The notes: generated by a model from the letters alone, not told the origin. Shown: positions 51,010 to 62,902, counted from the stretch's first letter. The stretch is DNA of 64,000 nucleotides from Tubulanus polymorphus (GCF_964204645.1 NC_134027.1:12866485-12930484), one strand, 5' to 3'. Program-made: numbers and translations.

Positions 51010-52747
51010 AGTTTTTTTTTCAATTTATACCAGTTTTAATGCAGACCTGTCACCTCAGGTCCCGAGAAGCTCTGCAAAATGGCGCGAGCTACCGTGTGAG
51101 GTCTCACTTCATAATTATTGTTTTATAGTAACTTAAGATTAACTCTATCAATGGTTAGCAATTTATATTATACTTATTACTATATAAAGGTTATAAAAAG
51201 TAAAGTTTTTTCCATTTCATCAGTTTTAGTGCAGACCTGTCACAACAGGTCCCGAGAAGCTCTGCAAAATGGCGCGCGTTGCCGTGTGAGGTCTCGCTTC
51301 AAAATTATTGTTTTATAGTAACTTAAGATTACCTATATCCATGGTTAGCAATTTATATTATATTCATTGCTATAAAGAGACCATAAAAATTAAAGTTTTC
51401 CTTCATTTCATCAGTTTTAATGAAGACCTGTCACCACAGGTCTCGAGAAGCTCTGCAAAATGGCGCGCGTTGCCGTGTGAGGTCTCGCTTCAAAATTATT
51501 GTTTTATAGTAACTTAAGATTACCTATATCCATGGTTAGCAATTTATATTATATTCATTGCTATAAAGAGACCATAAAAATTAAAGTTTTCCTTCATTTC
51601 ATCAGTTTTAATGAAGACCTGTCACCACAGGTCTCGAGAAGCTCTGCAAAATGGCGCGAGCTGCCGTGTGAGGTCTCGCTTCAAAATTATTGTTTTATAT
51701 AGTAACTTAAGATTAACTCTATCTATGGTTAGCAATCTATATTATACTTATTACTATATAAAGGTTATAAAAAGTAAAGTTTTTTTCATTTTATCAGTTT
51801 TAATCCAGACCTGTCACCACAGGTCCCGAGAAGCTCTGCAAAATGGCGCGCGTTGCCGTGTGAGGTCTCGCTTCATAATTATTGTTTTATAGTAACTTAT
51901 GATTAACTATATCCATGTTTAGCAATCTATATTATACTCTTTACTATAAAGAGACCATAAAAATTAAAGTTTTCCTTCATTTCATCAGTTTTAATGCAGA
52001 CCTGTCACCACAGGTCCCGAGAAGCTCTGCAAAATGGCGCGAGCTGCCGTGTGAGGTCTCGCTTCAAAATTATTGTTTTATAGTAACTTAAGATTACCTA
52101 TATCCATGGTTAGCAATTTATATTATATTCATTACTATAAAGATACCATAAAAAGTGAAGTTTTTTTCCATTTCATCAGTTTTAATGCAGACCTGTCACC
52201 ACAGGTCTCGAGAAGCTCTGCAAAATGGCGCGAGCTGCCGTGTGAGGTCTCGCTTCATAATTATTGTTTTATGGCAACTTAAAATTAATTCTATCCATGG
52301 TTAGCAATTTATATTATACTCTTTACTATAAAGAGACCATAAAAATTAAAGTTTTCCTTTATTTCATCAGTTTTAATGCAGACCTGTCACCACAGGTCCC
52401 GAGAAGCTCTGCAAAATGGCGCGAGCTGCCGTGTGAGGTCTCGCTTCAAAATTATTGTTTTATAGTAACTTAAGATTACCTATATCCATGGTTAGCAATT
52501 TATATTATATTCATTACTATAAAGATACCATAAAAAGTGAAGTTTTTTTACATTTCATCAGTTTTAATGCAGACCTGTCACCACAGGTCTCGAGAAGCTC
52601 TGCAAAATGGCGCGAGCTGCCGTGTGAGGTCTCGCTTCAAAATTATATTTAGTTTTATAGTAACTTAAGATTAATTCTATCCATGGTTACCAATTTATAT
52701 TATACTCTTTACTATAAAGAGACCATAAAAATTAAAGTTTTCCTTCA
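51010..52747 (+). repeat. 191-bp satellite, 9 copies
   Basis: gacctgtcac starts at 51044, 51234, 51425, 51616, 51808, 51999, 52190, 52381, 52572. Confidence 0.97.
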
Positions 52748-53236
52748 AGTAGTATAGCTATAAGGGGGTTCTGGCACAGTAGGCAAACTAGGCAAACTTT
52801 TAGGCAAATTTGGCAAACATTTATGCAAATTGTGCAAACTTTTTATGCAAATCCGGCAAAGTTTTTGGCAAACATTTAGGTGAATCCGGCAAATCTGGCA
52901 AACGTTTAGGCAAAGTGACATGTGATTTCGGCAAACATTGGGTGATGTCGGCACACTTTCTGGGAAACTCGTTGGAATTCTGGATAAGGTTTTAGGTAGT
53001 ATTTTGTGTTATTTCCTTTTGTGATGTATTTATCGTTATTGTTTTATTTGCTTGAAATCAGCTGGTCACGTGAGGTGATTTTAAAATGTCTATTGTTTTA
53101 TTGATTTTCTGCGGTTTTCGCGGTAAAAAATCTATGAACTGAGTAATTAATCTCCAGATGTGGGTCAGATGTGACGTCATTTTAGGGTATATAACGTGGG
53201 ATCTTTAGGGGTTGGGTATCATTCCTTCGCTTGGCC

Positions 53237-53946
53237 ATGGATGACTTCAGTACTCCGCTCCTGACGAGAACTATGACGACTCCTAGTGCTCCGGCAAAGA
53301 GACCGCGTAAACTCAATTTTAAGAATTTAAAGTTGGATGTTGATATTACGAAAATTCAAGGTACGTGTGTGAAAATTTCTTTTTCCGGATTTATTTCGAG
53401 TTATGTTATGAAGTGATTTTTAATTTAGTTATTGTTTATTTAGATGTACAAAAGAATGACGTTTACGTGAAAACTGATGACGGTCATCGCTACTTGGGAA
53501 ATTTAATTTTCGCGAAGTCGACTGAATGGGAGGGTATCAAACGGATTGATATACGAGCGCATGAACTCAGTGATGATTTCAGGACCTATCCGATGAAACG
53601 TGGTATCAGCTTACATCTCCAGGAATGGGTTCATCTTGTGTGGAATAGGGAAGGAATAAATAGTGCGATCCAGTCATTTGTCAATAACAATACGGTGGAA
53701 CATTTCCAAGTTCACATTGGTAGGAACCGTTATGTAACTGTTTTCAAGCGTTTCAATAAGATAATCGTTGATATATGTTATTTCTGTTATGACACTAAGT
53801 CTGCGCGTAAAATCCACACGAAAACTGGGATAGAATTATCCGATAAACAGTGGGAAAAATTGTCGACTATTCCTTTCGCCAATTTCGAACCCGAGAAAGA
53901 TATACCATCGAGTGCATCTTACTCCGCAAACCACAGAACTCTTTGA
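53237..53946 (+). CDS. Spliced gene for a tandem PC4 (Sub1/p15-like ssDNA-binding) domain protein, ~208 aa; exons 53237-53360 and 53444-53946
   Basis: Two PC4-like repeats (IDIR...PMKRGISL...EW; VDI..F...TKTGI.L...QW); 83-bp GT-AG intron splices in frame; NLS-like PAKRPRK; TATATAA at 53188, TCATT at 53219. Confidence 0.72.
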
Positions 53947-54175
53947 TGGGGGAAGAATTGGTTTCATCCTTGAATTTGCCCAAAACCTTTTTGTTGTTGT
54001 CCGAAAACAACGGATGACCAGTGGGATAGGCTGAGAAGTCGAACTGGTCGGAAATCTCCGCCATATCCGCGTACAAATCGTCGGTGCGAATAGCGTATGT
54101 CAAGCTGTCCGTATCGGTGAAAAGGAGTTTGGCATTATCGCCATAAATTGCTTTAATTGTCCCGTAATGAAATTG
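53867..54175 (-). pseudogene. Protein-primed family B DNA polymerase fragment (Polinton type)
   Basis: FHY...YG...LLFTDTDSL...FDFS.YP..HPL....NKKVLGKFKDE....I.EF.GLRSKM; truncated at both ends. Confidence 0.9.
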
Positions 54176-56407
54176 TTATAATCTTTATTATTATAAGGCG
54201 ATATAGTTCAACAACTTTTTATAAACGGACAAACATAAATTCTTAAATGAATTCATAACACATCATAGTTTGTTTTTTGTTTTTGAATAATATATTCAGA
54301 AAGCACTACGATATGTTCTTTGTGTTCTTATCGGCTATCATTTGTTCTAAATCTGCGCCTATCATATCTTCTAATCGCCTATCATCGGTTCAGTCATAAC
54401 GATTTTCATTTTAGCGAATCGACCTGTCACCTGAGGTCCCACCTGTCATGTCAGGTCTTGGGCCCTGACATGACAGGTTCTGGAAACTCTGCAGACAGAC
54501 CTAAATGGAAAAATCAGCTCCGCGGACGCTCGGAAACGTTACAGTGACGTCATCACCTGCTCATTAGCATATCAAAATACAGTAGGTGGCGCCACGTGAC
54601 GGGCCATAAAAGCCGTTTTTCAGCATTACGCGAGCGTATGCTGGGTGAACTATCGCTGATAGATGAAAACACAAACAAATTTATGCCAGTTCATGATTTA
54701 TTTCTGAATGCAAATTCCTTACTGAACAAATTGATGCATAATATTTACAGATCAACCGATTATTAACGAAATTACGGATCAAAACGTTGCACGAAGAGCA
54801 GGTGTGACAGACAGTAGTCTGAATACCAGTTGTTGTTACGGTTCCGTACAACGTCTGACGCTAAAGTATCATATAGAGGTTAACTCCTGTTAATTGCAAT
54901 GCAACAACTGATTTTAGTGTCGAATCAAACCTTTGTACTAAAATAAATGAATTAGTTACCTTGTTGACTTTGAAAGCGTGTTTTATAATGAATTTTTTGA
55001 TGATTTAAATCGCGAACCGGGGAATTTATTGATTTGATTTGAATTGAATTGATGGCCACTATCGGGATTTCCAATACGGACTAAATTAATAAAATGTGAA
55101 AATTCAATATGTCTCTCTAAAATTACTCTAAATGTTATTTTTTGTTGATAAAACGCATAGATTTTGGTCAATTTTAACCTTAATAATTTGAAACATAGAA
55201 TGATAATAATAATAGAATAATATCTGCATTGGCACCAAGTTTAAGTTCGAATCCGTAATTTACACTCCCATCATGCACCACGAAAAGCCGCCATATTTGT
55301 TATGTTGCTTCACTTCAACTGTCTTTTTGAGGCGACTAGTCAAAAGTTTTGAGCTACTACGATCGTCAAAAGCTACTTAGGATTACAAATTTATGCACAA
55401 ACAATAGTTAACTTCAATCTGATTACAGAACAGTCACTTTTATTTACAATTGAATAAGTTAGTTGACTTACTGTTTTTCTTGTCAAATGTAAAGAAATTT
55501 AAGGTAAACAAGAATTGAATATATTCAATAAGAATTATAATAGGTTTCTTTAACTCTGACTAAATAATACTAACTTATTCAATTGTATTGTTTTTCTAAT
55601 GTTTTTCTAATATTTCTTGTTGATATTAAATTACTTTACATTTGACTAGAATTCAACTAGAATAATACATGAATATGATTTATACTTTTCCAAATATTTA
55701 TAATAAATCTGTGAGATAAATAGATATTGAAACAGAAATATATATGATAAAACTATTTATATATCTAAGTACTAGACGTACGAGTAAGAATCCAAGAATC
55801 CAAGAAATCTTACTTTCATGGCAAGAATCTTACTTTCTTACACGTACGTCTAGTACATAGATATATAAATTAGTTTTTATAAAAATTATAAATATAAATT
55901 ATTAATCTAAGTATAGAAATAGTTATAATATAATCTATTTTTATTTTTATTAAGAGAAAACATATAATTTATTCATTTTTATATATTTCATTTAATAATT
56001 TAGATTTATAATTATTATAAAACTGTTTATATATCTATATACTAGACGTACGTAAGAATCCAAGATTCTTACTTTCTTACTTTCTTGGCAAGAATCTTGG
56101 TTTCTTACTCGTACGTCTAGTACATACATATATAAATTAGTTTTATAATAATTACAAATATAAATTATTAATCTAAATATAGAAATAGTTATAATATCAT
56201 CTATTTTTATATTTTCAACCAATTTAACAGTCTTATTCTCAATTTGAATTATGAAATTTTTCATCTAATTCATGAATATATTTATGTTTTTAAACTCTTT
56301 AAATTTTTATATCTTTTATTACATACTTCACAACACTTAATATTATTTATTCGATCTGAAAAATAATTTATGTTATCTTTCAATTCAGCGTATCTAATTT
56401 TAGTTAA

Positions 56408-58224
56408 CCTGTACGTTGAAGTTTGACTATAATTCTCCGAATTATACCGGTGCGAGTAATTACATGAGATTTTCGTCACTTCCGATACGTCACTATTCAC
56501 AGATTTAGGCAGAAGGATTAACTAGGGAGAACCCAGAAAAACCCCAACAAGAAATAAATTAATACAAATCATTAATAGGGTGGGAAAATCACCTCATGGG
56601 AGGGCATGTAATTACTCGCACCGGTATAATTCGGAGAATAATAGTCAAACTTCAACTTACAGGTAAGTTTCGTTTAACTCTCAAATTCTCCTGCATTATA
56701 CCTAATGCTCGTAATTCCATGAGATTTCAAAGCACCCGAATTGCTTAAATTAATTCATACCTCAAACAAAAATAATTAAAGATGAGAATCTAAGACAGCA
56801 GACGCAAACTGCTGAGCTGAGTGAAGTTGAATTGGCTTATATGATAATAAGTCGCAAAAGTCTTCTCACATGACCATCCAACCGCGTTCATAATAGTCGA
56901 TATTGGAACAGTCTTAGCTGCAGCTGACGCCGACGCCGATCTCGTTGAATGGGCCGAATATCGGGCAATATCAATACCAGCCGCTCGTAACACACTTTTG
57001 ATCTAATTTGATAAAGTCTGGCTCGGCGCACTTGTATAAGGCTTTCTAGTTATGATGAAGAAACCATCATCTCCTTCGCATCGCAAATCTCGAGTTACAT
57101 GAAGATAAGTTTTAATACAACGAAAAACACAGATTCGTTCATCTGGCGCATATTTATAAAACGAAATAGGTTTTAAAAACCTTTCCTGGCCGATCTTGTT
57201 TTTGCTTAATAAACGAAAAGCAAAACTGATCATCGCAAATTTTCATATTCGAAATAGATAATTGTTGTGAAACATTATACCGCTTTCCCGATAATAACGA
57301 CATAAGCATTAAGGTCTTTTTCGTCAGATCGGATAGACATAAGTCTTCTAGAGGTTCGATAGTCTTAAGAAACCGTAAAACAATTCCAACATCCCATGTT
57401 TCATCATAACGAGGAGTAGTCGGTCTATTTTCAAACACCCCTTTCAATAATCTTGTAACGATAGGGTGCGAACCAATGTTCGCATGTGCTGACGCAAAGC
57501 AAAAAGTCGAAATCGCAGATCTTGCTGTTTTAATCGCACTATACGAAAGCCCTCTTCTAAACAAAGAGCTTAATAATTCAGCCAGCGATTCTGGCTCAGG
57601 AGAAGTAAAATCAAAACCGTTGTCCAATGCAAAATTAAACCATTGTTTATAATATACCTCATATTGGTCCCGCGTGGACTGTCGAAGCGACGAAATAATC
57701 AAATTATCAGTTTGTTGCGACAATCCTCTTGCCTTTAAATTCGACATCAAACTAAACACACCCGTAAACTCATTCGGTCGTAAATCGGGTGACGTCGACT
57801 CAAGTCTTGCGGTAACTGCAACATCTGCTCTACAAGAAAGAATGAGATTCGATTTACTCATTGCCATCAATTTCGGAAACCAAGGTTGAGTTGGCCAATT
57901 TGGCACAACAATAATACCATGTGAACCTTCTGATTTAATCTTAGAAAGACATTTTGCTATGAGACTAAATGGCGGAAAAGCATACCAAAACCAAACTTTC
58001 CATGACAAAGTAAACGCATCCACGGCCAAAGCCTCTGGATCAGGGTTCCAAGACACAAAAGCCTTGACTTGTTTGTTGCTACGTGTAGCAAATAGATCTA
58101 TCTCTGGTAATCCTAAATGAGATACTAAGTCTAATAGATTTAACATCCACTCTTTATTTGAAGCCTTTTCTCTAGAAATTAAATCTGCATCAAAATTGCT
58201 AACTCCACTAATATGAGTAGCTGT
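56408..58224 (-). mobile_element. 3' part of a DIRS tyrosine-recombinase retrotransposon
   Basis: RNase H end (HISGVSNFDADLISR), methylase (IDLFAT...AVDAF...YAFPPF...WPTQPWFP), recombinase (HP.V.RLLKG...P..PRY..TWD; HSTR.ASAS...GW...TF..YY). The ICR at 56605-56663 is complementary to the terminus at 56408-56467. Confidence 0.92.
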
Positions 58225-58725
58225 AGTAGTAATAGGGATAATAGGGGTTCATACTAAAGGTCGAAAGGTCGAGCTCATAAAAAATGAAAAAATAAATTCT
58301 TGCACGCTCGAATATTTTTTCATTTTCTACTCACTCGCCCCTTCAACCTTTGATATGAACCCCTATTATCCCCATTACTCTTAAAATATTCATATATATG
58401 AATAACATATAAATGAATAACTTCTAAAATCAATTTAGTAAAAAAGTTTGATATTGAAATGGAGCCAGAACAATCACAAACTATCAATATTACAAATAAC
58501 ACTGGTGTTATAAATATATACTATAAGAAATGTTCTAAATGTGAATTAGATAAATTAGCTATAACAGAATTTAGTAAGCGTAAGATTAGCAAAGAGTCTT
58601 TAGTAGTTTAGTGGTTTTGAAAATAATTTTATTCAGTACTAAAAAAATAAATATTTATTCTTTATGTACTAAAAGTACTAAAACTACTAAAGACAATAAA
58701 GACACGCACCTAATACGTATCTAAT

Positions 58726-59572
58726 ATGTATTATTTGAAAATCAATTTTAATAAAAAATTTAGTATTAAAGTGGAAGCAAATAAGAAGTACTACTGTCCG
58801 GCATGTAAAATCAATATAGATAAATCCCAAAAAGCAATGCACAATAAAACTAAAACGCATTTAGAAAATGAATTAAAGTTAAAATATAAAGATGATATAT
58901 TAGAAACTAAATTAGATGAAATGAAGAATGAAAAAGAAACATACAAATGTGATACATGTTATCAATCATTCAGTAATAAAAGATATTATAAAGAACATTT
59001 AAAATCTAAAAGTTTTATTAGAAATATGAATAATGATATTTTAGGTGAAGATTATTTTGATAATGACAATGATAAGAAACAGAAGACAATTAAAAGAATA
59101 AAAAATAAATTAAACAATAAAAGACCATACATGGAAGATGTAAGAAGTTATATTAATTCATTAGATAATAAAAAAGAAGTATAGATAACTGAAGCATTTA
59201 AAAGTGATATTGGTCCAGCAGCTATCGAGTTTATATTTCATAAAGGTAAAACATTAGAAGAAAAATAAAAAACATTTAGAAAATATGAAAAATATTATAA
59301 AAATAATTACAGATGTTGAATACCCTAAAATTAGCATATCAGTTAAAGTAAAGTTTATAAAATCTGAAGATAAACCAATATATAATATAAATTCCCATTC
59401 ACAACATATTATTTCAAAACAACATATAGATAAAAAATTAGATAAGTGTTATAATGAAGTAAAAACTAAAATGGAAGAGAAATATTTTGAAGGATCTGGT
59501 TTAATATTTGATAAAATAATATTTATGACTTTACATGTTTATAACACCAATAAGGGTAAAAAAATATTTTAA
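58726..59572 (+). pseudogene. Zinc-finger N-terminal region of a Polinton-type PolB, disrupted
   Basis: Two C2H2-type fingers (CPAC...H.....H; CDTC...H), then KISISVKVKF...EEKYFEGSGLIFDKI...LHVY, resembling the GSGW region upstream of Polinton PolB; in-frame stops. Confidence 0.6.
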
Positions 59573-60702
59573 AGCTTAAGGTTTCAGCGAACTCTAACTC
59601 TATTTGAATTTTAACCTATTTTGATAAAAATTTGATATATAAATGTGCTCCCCAAGATACATTAAAGTTCCCGCGAAAGACACGAGTAATAAATATATTA
59701 ATTCAATATTATATTATTGAGTGTGAATAATAATTTAGCTGATATTTTCAGGAGTAAACATAAATAAGTATTATAAATCGGATAAAAATGAATTAATTGA
59801 AACGTCAGATATATTTTGCGATAACATAATGCTTTATAAAATCATGTTAGAAAAAGAAATTATAAAAGAAAATAGAACAACTTTTCTAAACGTTAATCAG
59901 AGAAAGATAACACATTATGAAATTAAAGAATGTTTTAATCAAGGAAATATTATATTGGATAACTTAGCTATAAAAATTACACGTGTTTTAACAATTCATG
60001 ATGATAATTAAAAATCATACATCTGGAGTAGAATTAATCAAGAATTAAAATTGACAGATTATATTGCTGTATTTAAAATTTCATTATGCATTCGAAATTT
60101 AAATGAATTAATAAAGAAAATGGATAATATTGAACAATTATTAAATGAAAAAAATTACAACATATTAGATGTAGATGTTACATAAGATTTTAAAGGATCA
60201 TTTAATTCAGATGAAATAAAATCAATGTTCGAAAATAGAAAATATAAAGTTCTAAAAGAATTAAAACAGCATGTCAATTCAAATCTCCTGGTGTAAATAT
60301 AAATTTCGGTTCAAATTTAATGAGTTACATAAATTGCTATCAAGAAAGGTTGAAAGAATCATTTGAAAAATCAATTGAAACAGGATTGATTAGAATTGAA
60401 ATAACTAGTATTTCATTTAAAAGAGGATTAAAAGTGATGGAAAAAATAAAAAAATACTTAAAAGAAGAAAATATTTACTATTCACCTGTATATTTACAAC
60501 TTAAATCATTATTTGATGAGGTTCAACATACTGTATGTATTTATGATTTGATTGAAAAATGCTTTTATTTCTGTTATTATGGTGATTTATTAGCAAGAAA
60601 ATTTATAGGATATAAATCTAGGGTAAGTAAAAATATTGAAGAGTCCTCCTTTTTACTCATTTTATCAATGTTTACAATTATGAATATCTCATGTTTATGT
60701 TA

Positions 60703-60950
60703 TGAAAAAATCACACAGAAAAATAATTTATATTTATATTTATCATTTTTCTGTGTGAAAAAATCACACAGAAAAATAATTTATATTTATATTTACCATT
60801 TTTCTCGATGGCGGCCATTTTTCTGTGTGAAAAAATCACACAGAAAAATAATTTATATTTATATTTATCATTTTTCTCGATGGCAGCCATTTTTCTGTGT
60901 GAAAAAATCACATAGAAAAATAATTCCTATTTATATTTATCATTTTTCGC
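60703..60950. repeat. Tandem repeat, ~55-72-bp units with internal palindrome
   Basis: gaaaaaatcacacagaaaaataatttatatttatattta...atttttctgtgt repeated about 3.5 times. Confidence 0.85.
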
Positions 60951-62385
60951 ACGGTGTTGCCGAGACATTCTGCGGGCTTAATGGTAATAGGTACCGGTAC
61001 GGCGAAGTTTTACGTAACTAGTAATTACAGATAACAGACCATTGACGAGTCTTTCAAAGAACACCTTCGCTCGTTGAACATTGATGAAATGATCATCAAT
61101 AACTTAGAAAAAGAGAAGGTAAGGTACATAGTCGTATTAGGCCTCTCCTATTGTTCCCTTAGTCGCTATAGGCATACATCTCGGGGTATAGTAGGCCTAC
61201 GAAATATGTAGCCAGACACAGCGCCGTGACAATATGATCGATTTTTTCTCGTCATTACGAATTACGGGTACGTTTTACGTTTTACGACAAACGTCAAATG
61301 AATTAGGTCAAGCTTTCATACAATTGTTGTGACATAGGCATTTTAATCAATTTAACTACGTATCACTTTCTGCTATTACGCTATCTCAAGCTCGTGGGAC
61401 AATTCCTGCTGTTTAGTAATTATAGAATAATTAAAAGCTTTATGTTCAAACCCGGAATTAGATAAGATAAATTTCTAGAATAAATGCACGGTACTCTCGG
61501 GGAAAAATGGAGAGGGAGAGCAACATTGGCGGCATCGACCAGAGCAGAGGCAGCGCACCAAGCAGGGTAAGGGTGATATTATATTGTCAGTTGTCATTTG
61601 TTTAAGTTTCATGCAATAGAACCCTTGCATCATTTTATCAACCTGAGTTTAGTTGTTGGTTATGTTTGGTCTCTGGTTTCTATATCGCCGTGCAGGACAG
61701 GAGGGGAAGTGCATACGTCACGAACAAGAACAGCGGCGCTCTCCCACAGCAATTTCGGGCTTCCCCCTCCAGGTCGCACGACACAATTACAAAATATCGT
61801 GAATTAAGTTTCACTAATTACAAATTACATTTTACGTTTTAAAAATTGAAAATTACGTTTTCCGTTTTGCGAATTACAAATTATGTTTCCCAAAAGACCT
61901 CTCGCGATAAAATGAACCGAGATGTAGTGGAAAATCGTTAAACGTCCAAAACATTATTCGTAAAACGTAATTCGTAATTCATAAAACACAACGAGTTGTA
62001 GTAAGTACTTGGAAAAGTGGGCTTTCATACCAGAGGTCGTGCGGTCGAGACACCACTCATCACCACAAGTAATAATTCAATTGAGTATGAGACACCACTC
62101 ATCACAGCTAGGCTCTAGTGAGAACGGACGATTGCTCTGTGATACACATATACAGTGAGTGCGCGTAACAACATCTGCGCGTGGATAGATCGATACAGTG
62201 AGTATCTACTGAGAACGGTTATTAACGCGTGTGCTATTACTGTAGTAGTACAGTGATTGCGTGTCAACTGTACCCGGATAAATAGATGCTGTGAGGCTTG
62301 GGTGAGAACGGTTAATAGCGTGTTTGTTATATACAAGGGGAAGTAATCCCCACTCATCACCACAAGTAATTTTTTTTCCTTATAA

Positions 62386-62712
62386 ATGGGAGATAGAAAA
62401 GCATTCTTAGCAACAATAAATAACAGAATAAAACCAGCAAAAAAACAATTTGAAATAAAAAAGTTAGTTGATGTTACAAAAGAAATTGAACATAAAATAT
62501 TGAAATTAGAAAAGATAAAAACTAAATATGGAGAGAAAGTATCAGCTAATTTAAGCTACTGCAATGGTAGTACATCGCGAGAATTTAAAGTATTTTTACC
62601 TGATAAATGGGTTTCATTGAGTACAGAGGAATTAAAAGATTTAGAAGGATTTAAAATAATCTATCATGGAAAAAATGAAGATGGCCATCATGATTTAGAA
62701 ATTGTTGATTAA
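62386..62712 (+). CDS. Intact 108-aa Polinton-associated hypothetical protein
   Basis: Clean ATG-TAA frame; KL.D...I...KTKYG.KV...FKVFLP...IIYHG pattern recalled from small Polinton/insect-virus proteins; TATA-like element at ~62328. Confidence 0.55.
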   Translation: MGDRKAFLATINNRIKPAKKQFEIKKLVDVTKEIEHKILKLEKIKTKYGEKVSANLSYCNGSTSREFKVFLPDKWVSLSTEELKDLEGFKIIYHGKNEDGHHDLEIVD

Positions 62713-62902
62713 ATTTAAAAAAATAAATTAATAAAAATAATGAATATTAAGAATCCGAAACAACTTATCTGGACAAATTAATTGCTCCGCATAGATGGTG
62801 CCATAAACAGCACCCACACAGTGATAGACAAAAGTAGTGAGATATTCAATTAATATTCAATTAATTAAAAAAAATTATTTTTTTTGCTTTTTTTCTAAAA
62901 TA

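Larger units (their letters stand above)
52748..54175. mobile_element. Polinton/Maverick-like terminal fragment
   Basis: Begins AGTAGT exactly where the satellite is cut, followed by a GGCAAA minisatellite (52781-52940), a PC4 gene and a PolB fragment. Confidence 0.7.
50208..54818. mobile_element. Composite structure bounded by long imperfect inverted repeats
   Basis: 50208-50450 is the reverse complement of 54475-54818, with an extra ~100 bp on the right. Inner perfect 25-bp IR GGTCTGTCTGCAGAGTTTCCAGAAC at 50421 and ending 54501. Confidence 0.75.

Noticed and set aside
51118-52652. Series of 65-93-aa ORFs
   Set aside because: They are translations of satellite monomers with non-ATG starts and no recognisable domain.
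51010-52747. CRISPR-like array (palindromic repeats at regular spacing)
   Set aside because: The sequence between palindromes is itself repeated, so there are no unique spacers; no cas genes; eukaryotic context.
52745-52995. ORFs on both strands
   Set aside because: Products of the GGCAAA minisatellite.
57750-58146. Horizontally acquired bacterial DNA adenine methylase
   Set aside because: It is the standard methylase domain of DIRS pol, lying between RNase H and the recombinase.
60320-61021. 233-aa repeat-containing protein
   Set aside because: The C-terminal half is read-through of a tandem repeat; only the first ~110 codons may be a real AT-rich ORF.
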